Shown in pieces: positions 59,962 to 64,000 of a DNA stretch of 64,000 nucleotides. Below the pieces are notes generated by a model. The model did no database searches, had not been told where the DNA came from, and worked only from the letters and a program-made list of their open reading frames with translations. The position numbers and the translations under genes are program-made. The stretch comes from Acidobacteriota bacterium. Lineage in GTDB: Bacteria; Acidobacteriota; CAIWXX01. The stretch lies in assembly GCA_040755995.1 (NCBI GenBank), contig JBFMAF010000028.1:152221-216220 (forward strand), in the 5' to 3' direction. Position 1 is the first letter of the stretch. Each line of letters opens with the position of its first letter.

Positions 59962-61455
59962 ATGAAGAGGAAATGCCTGCTGAGCTTCTGTTGCGCGACA
60001 CTCTTTGCTCTTGCGCCGGCTGCGTCTGACGCCAGTCGGCCGGATACTGACGTTGTCGAGTCCTATGGCGATGCGGTCGTGGCGACGTTGCGCGAGCTCG
60101 TCGCGTTCCCCACATTCCACAAAGAGGGGATCTCCAACGCCGAGAACCCCGACTTCAAGGCGATGACCGCCTGCTTGAAGCGCAAGGCCGACGAGCTCGG
60201 CTTCGATTTCCACGACTACGGTGCCGTCGTCGTGTTCGGGATGGGCGAGTCACCAAGGCGGCTCGGTTTGATCACGCACGGCGACGTGCAGCCGGCCGAG
60301 GCGTCCAAGTGGGCCAAAGGCCCCTTCACGGTCGACGTCGAAAGCCACCCCGGGCGGTTGATCGGGCGAGGGACCGAAGATGACAAGGGGCCTATTGCCG
60401 CCGCCCTCATGGCCATGCGGGCGGTAAAGGACCGGCGAACGCCGTTGACGCGTCGCGTCGAGCTCATCATCTCGTACACGGAAGAGTCCGATTGGGAGCC
60501 GTTCATGGCGTTTCTGGCAAAAACCCCGCCACCAGATCTGAACGTGGGGCTCGACGCCGAGTACCCGGTGGTCGTCGCGGAGAAGGGTTGGGTCAGTTTC
60601 AGCGTGGTCATCCGTGGAGAGGCCGCGAGCCGGCGCCCGTCAATTCGCAGCTTCACGGGAGGCGCGCTGCTGAGCCAGGTCCCGGAGGATGCCGTCGCGG
60701 TGGTCGATGGCGCGAGTGAAGGGATCATCGCCACCATTCGTGCCGCGTGCGAAGCGGATCGGGCCGTGAAGTATACGCTCGAACCCCATGCCGGCGGCAG
60801 CCTGCTGGTGCGCGCTCTCGGCGTCTCGGCTCACTCATCCAAGCCCAATGAGGGCGTCAACGCCATCACACACCTGGCCGAGATCCTGTCCGCCGTCCGG
60901 TGGCATCGCACTCCCGCATCCGGCGCGGCCCGCTTCATCCATGAGATGATCGGCACGGGGTTCTACGCGGAGGAATTCGGGCACATCGCCTACTCGGATG
61001 CGTTCATGGGGCCGATGACGCTTTCGGTCGGGACACTTCGCGAGGGGAATGGATCGGCGGAGATCGGCATCAACCTGCGGCGTCCTGTAGGCAAGGACGG
61101 CCGGGTGTTGGAAGCAGAGATACGAGAGGCGGTGGCAGAGTGGAGCCGCAGGTCCACGGTTGAAGCGGAACTGGCCGATCTGCTGGTCTACGATCCATAC
61201 GACGCACGCCAGGCCCCGCATGTGCCCATCCTCCTGGATATCTTCCGGGAGTACTCGGGCCAGGCCGACGCCCGCCCGCTCAGCATGGGAGGCGGCAGTC
61301 ACGCCCGCCTTCTTCCGGGCGGTGTGAACTTCGGGCCGGTGATGCCGGGGCACCCGTACAGCGGGCACTCGGAGCACGAGTATATCGAGCAAGATGACCT
61401 CATGCTGAGTCTTCGCATGTACACGGCGATGATCGAGCGGCTCGCCGCGCGCTGA
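59962..61455 (+). CDS. M20-family dipeptidase (PepV/Sapep-like), exported
   Basis: HGDVQP, GRGTEDDKGP, TEES, AHSS.P..G.NAI, H...E. Confidence 0.88.
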   Translation: MKRKCLLSFCCATLFALAPAASDASRPDTDVVESYGDAVVATLRELVAFPTFHKEGISNAENPDFKAMTACLKRKADELGFDFHDYGAVVVFGMGESPRRLGLITHGDVQPAEASKWAKGPFTVDVESHPGRLIGRGTEDDKGPIAAALMAMRAVKDRRTPLTRRVELIISYTEESDWEPFMAFLAKTPPPDLNVGLDAEYPVVVAEKGWVSFSVVIRGEAASRRPSIRSFTGGALLSQVPEDAVAVVDGASEGIIATIRAACEADRAVKYTLEPHAGGSLLVRALGVSAHSSKPNEGVNAITHLAEILSAVRWHRTPASGAARFIHEMIGTGFYAEEFGHIAYSDAFMGPMTLSVGTLREGNGSAEIGINLRRPVGKDGRVLEAEIREAVAEWSRRSTVEAELADLLVYDPYDARQAPHVPILLDIFREYSGQADARPLSMGGGSHARLLPGGVNFGPVMPGHPYSGHSEHEYIEQDDLMLSLRMYTAMIERLAAR

Positions 61456-61760
61456 CTTCGGCATTGCGCTCGGCCTCGCCTGCGCGCTGTTGGTGTCGCT
61501 GTTGGGCCGCTTCGTCCCAAGACGATGGCCGGCCGCGGGGCTCCATCCTAAGATCATCTGAGCGCAGGCATCCGAGATGAGTGAGGCAGGTTCAAGATTC
61601 AGAACGGAGCAGGTGGGCCCGGTATGGGTCGCGCGGCTCGATCGGCGTGGTACGGCAAGAGTGAGGTGCGGAGCCTGATGCCTGCGCCTCCACGCGAGGC
61701 TGCGTCTCGACTGATCGAGGCGCAGCCCCGCATCAAGACGTAGAGGCGGGAGGGCAGCGG

Positions 61761-62660
61761 ATGATCCGCAAGTGGATTCTAGGTTGTCTGGTGTTGGTTT
61801 CGACCCAGCCTGGAAGCCCCGCTGCCGATGAGTTACGGAACAGCCTGAATTCTGTCGTGCAGGCCGAGCGGGACTTCGCTGCACTTGCCGCCGAGAAGGG
61901 CATCAGGGAAGCCTTCCTCACTTGCCTGGCAGAAGACTCGATTGTCTTTCGCCCCGGACCGGTCCCGGGCCGGAAGTGGTACGAGGAGCACCAGCCGTCC
62001 GAAGGCCTGCTGGCGTGGTACCCATCGGTTGCCGAAGTCGCATCTTCCGCGGATCTTGGGTACACGACAGGGCCGTGGGAGTTCCGACCCGACGCGACCA
62101 AGCCTGATCCGTTGGCCACCGGCATCTACTTCACGGTCTGGAAGAGGCAGCCGGAAGGCGGATGGAAGGCCGTGATTGACATCGGAGTCCGCACCGAAGG
62201 GGCACAGAAACTCCCGGCATTCGACTCTGCGGCATCCTCCGTCGATGCCGACTCGGCGTCAGCGAATTCTCTCGGGGCTTCAGAGAATCTCTTCGCCGCC
62301 GATCGCGAATTCTTCGCGCATGCTTCCAGCACGGGTGCTGCTCAAGCCTACGCGGAGTATGCTGCCCCCGATCTCATGCTGATTCGCGAGCCGGCCGGGC
62401 TGCTGCAGGGCCGAGCCGCTGTTGAGGCATCGAAACAGCCCTTCTCGATGAGCGGGGAACCGATGGGCGGGCAAGTCTCTTCCGCGGGTGATCTGGGCTA
62501 CACGTACGGCTCGTGTGAGCTCAAGGCCGCGGCCTCCGGTGCCGCGCCGGCCAAGGGCCACTATATGCGAGTCTGGCGAAAGAGCCACGACGCCCGGTGG
62601 CAGGTGGCCGTGGACCTGCTCTGCCCGCTGCCTCCGCCACCACCACCGTCTCAGCAGTAG
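61761..62660 (+). CDS. Exported protein with two NTF2/SnoaL-like (DUF4440-type) domains
   Basis: Repeated AER/ADR.F...S.DLGYT.G..G.Y..VW......W...D. Confidence 0.75.
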   Translation: MIRKWILGCLVLVSTQPGSPAADELRNSLNSVVQAERDFAALAAEKGIREAFLTCLAEDSIVFRPGPVPGRKWYEEHQPSEGLLAWYPSVAEVASSADLGYTTGPWEFRPDATKPDPLATGIYFTVWKRQPEGGWKAVIDIGVRTEGAQKLPAFDSAASSVDADSASANSLGASENLFAADREFFAHASSTGAAQAYAEYAAPDLMLIREPAGLLQGRAAVEASKQPFSMSGEPMGGQVSSAGDLGYTYGSCELKAAASGAAPAKGHYMRVWRKSHDARWQVAVDLLCPLPPPPPPSQQ

Positions 62661-62704
62661 CGATCGGACCGAGCCCGTACCCGTACCCGGCGGCTTGCCG
62701 CTCC

Positions 62705-62733
62705 TTGACACACTCACGGTTGCGGCATACATT
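62705..62733 (+). promoter_or_regulatory. Putative sigma70 promoter
   Basis: TTGACA-N17-TACATT upstream of the 62796 gene. Confidence 0.5.
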
Positions 62734-62795
62734 CACTTGGTGAGTTGAATGGTCCCGAAGGGGCAGTGTGCGGCTGGAAATCAGGAGTGAAGTAG

Positions 62796-63911
62796 GTGAG
62801 GAAACAAGTGGGCTTCGCGCTCGTGATTGCATTCTTCGCGGTCCTGCCGGTCGACGGCGCCGCTTCTCGAACAACCGAGTTCCATCAGATTGGGCTTCCC
62901 GTCCCCTCGGACAAGGTCCTGAACATCACGCTTCCCGACGGATACTTCCTCTCAGGCATCGTGAAAGATGCAAACGGGGCAGTGCTCAAGAGTGCCGACG
63001 TGATGGCCACTGGCGAGGACGATGGGATGTTCGGCGGATGGGGCACTACGGACGCGGCGGGGAAGTTCTCATTTCCCGTCCAGTCGGGCAGCTACAACGT
63101 ACAGGCCGACCCGCCCGCAGGTACCTCGGTGGACCCGAAAAAGTTCTCTCGCCTGTTGCCTCAGGATGTCGACAACATCGCAGTGAACGGGGATACAGCC
63201 ATGGGTGAGATCAGGCTGATCAACGGCTACATACTCAGCGGCCAGGTGAAGCCGCCTTCGGGCACGCTGGCCATTTTCTCCGGGGTGCTTGCGGCTTTCT
63301 CAAACGACAATACGCAGACCGCAAGCGCCCAGTTCGGGACGGGCACCGAAACCGCGAAGTTCGCAGTGGCGCTTCCAGCGGGGAGCTACAAGTTGCTCCT
63401 GTGGCCGATGTTCGGATTCGACAGCGCTTTCCAGCCGGTCGCCATGACCTACAAGACCGACAAGGTGACGATCACCAAGGACACGGTCAAGAACATGACC
63501 GCCCCGAAGGGCTACAAGCTCTCTGGGACCGTGAAGGATACCGCCAGCGCTGCTCTCGACGGTGTCATCTACATTTTCAAGAAGAGCGGCGCCTATGTCC
63601 CCGGGATGTACATGATGTTCTTCGCCGTCGTGGACGGCCGCTACGAGGGCTACCTGGCTCCCGGCACCTACGACTTGCTTTTCGTCCCCTTCATCGACAC
63701 TACCTACAAGGGGAAGGCATCGCGTATGCTCTCGGCACTTACCATGCCGGCTGCGGCCAAGGTCGTAAACCTGGTGCCGCCCAACGGCGTGGTCCTCTCC
63801 GGGAAAGTGACCGACGCCAGGAAGAAGGTGGTGAAGGGGGCGAGCGTAGGCCTGGTCAAGACCGGAGCGCTCGCTAGCGCATGTTTGCTGGAGGCTGCCA
63901 TAAGTCATTGA
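62796..63911 (+). CDS. Secreted protein with carboxypeptidase-regulatory-like beta-sandwich repeats; probably truncated at about 63877
   Basis: Repeats G..LSG.VKD/VTD at four positions; the fourth breaks off after about 25 aa. Confidence 0.7.
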   Translation: MRKQVGFALVIAFFAVLPVDGAASRTTEFHQIGLPVPSDKVLNITLPDGYFLSGIVKDANGAVLKSADVMATGEDDGMFGGWGTTDAAGKFSFPVQSGSYNVQADPPAGTSVDPKKFSRLLPQDVDNIAVNGDTAMGEIRLINGYILSGQVKPPSGTLAIFSGVLAAFSNDNTQTASAQFGTGTETAKFAVALPAGSYKLLLWPMFGFDSAFQPVAMTYKTDKVTITKDTVKNMTAPKGYKLSGTVKDTASAALDGVIYIFKKSGAYVPGMYMMFFAVVDGRYEGYLAPGTYDLLFVPFIDTTYKGKASRMLSALTMPAAAKVVNLVPPNGVVLSGKVTDARKKVVKGASVGLVKTGALASACLLEAAISH

Positions 63912-64000
63912 AAAGCCTGGGTCGGGTTTTCGATTTGGTCACTACATGATGGTTTCGGCGTTTTCGGGCGGCGTTGGGGGATCGAGGTGGGTGACGCCGA
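63874..64000. mobile_element. Possible end of an inserted element
   Basis: Coding pattern ends near CTAG 63874-63877; IHF-like TAAGTCATTGAAA at 63901-63913; no transposase visible in the window. Confidence 0.3.

Overview
GC-rich bacterial window. The gene content (pilB-pilT-pilC-pilS-pilR, panBCD, meaB-mce, DUF1080 proteins, degenerate 6-8 bp tandem repeats) would fit an Acidobacteriota-like organism, but this is inference only. Housekeeping blocks flank two accessory regions. (1) About 5.8-25.9 kb is a signalling/conflict island. It holds a TIR-STAND-WD40 (NLR-like) gene, an atypical sigma54 enhancer-binding protein with a nearby consensus sigma54 promoter and a repeated WACTCAAC motif, and a DUF4032-like/Crh-like fusion. 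Most notably, it holds three unrelated proteins that all end in a tandem pair of RyR (ryanodine-receptor repeat) domains: a ribokinase-like/AAA ATPase, a 2TM-RCK channel-like protein and a RelA/SpoT synthetase-TPR-SLOG protein. These are interleaved with an inositol-monophosphatase-family enzyme, a NUDIX hydrolase and a TIR remnant. This looks like a candidate nucleotide second-messenger system and is the top finding. (2) About 47-55 kb holds an orphan split VgrG/gp5 spike with two paralogous unknown genes, a PKD-repeat protein and a DUF1080-TM-FHA receptor-like protein. Several gene remnants are present, and the last gene appears interrupted near the window end. No rRNA, tRNA, CRISPR array, integrase or transposase was recognised. 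All domain calls come from reading motifs by eye; no searches were run.
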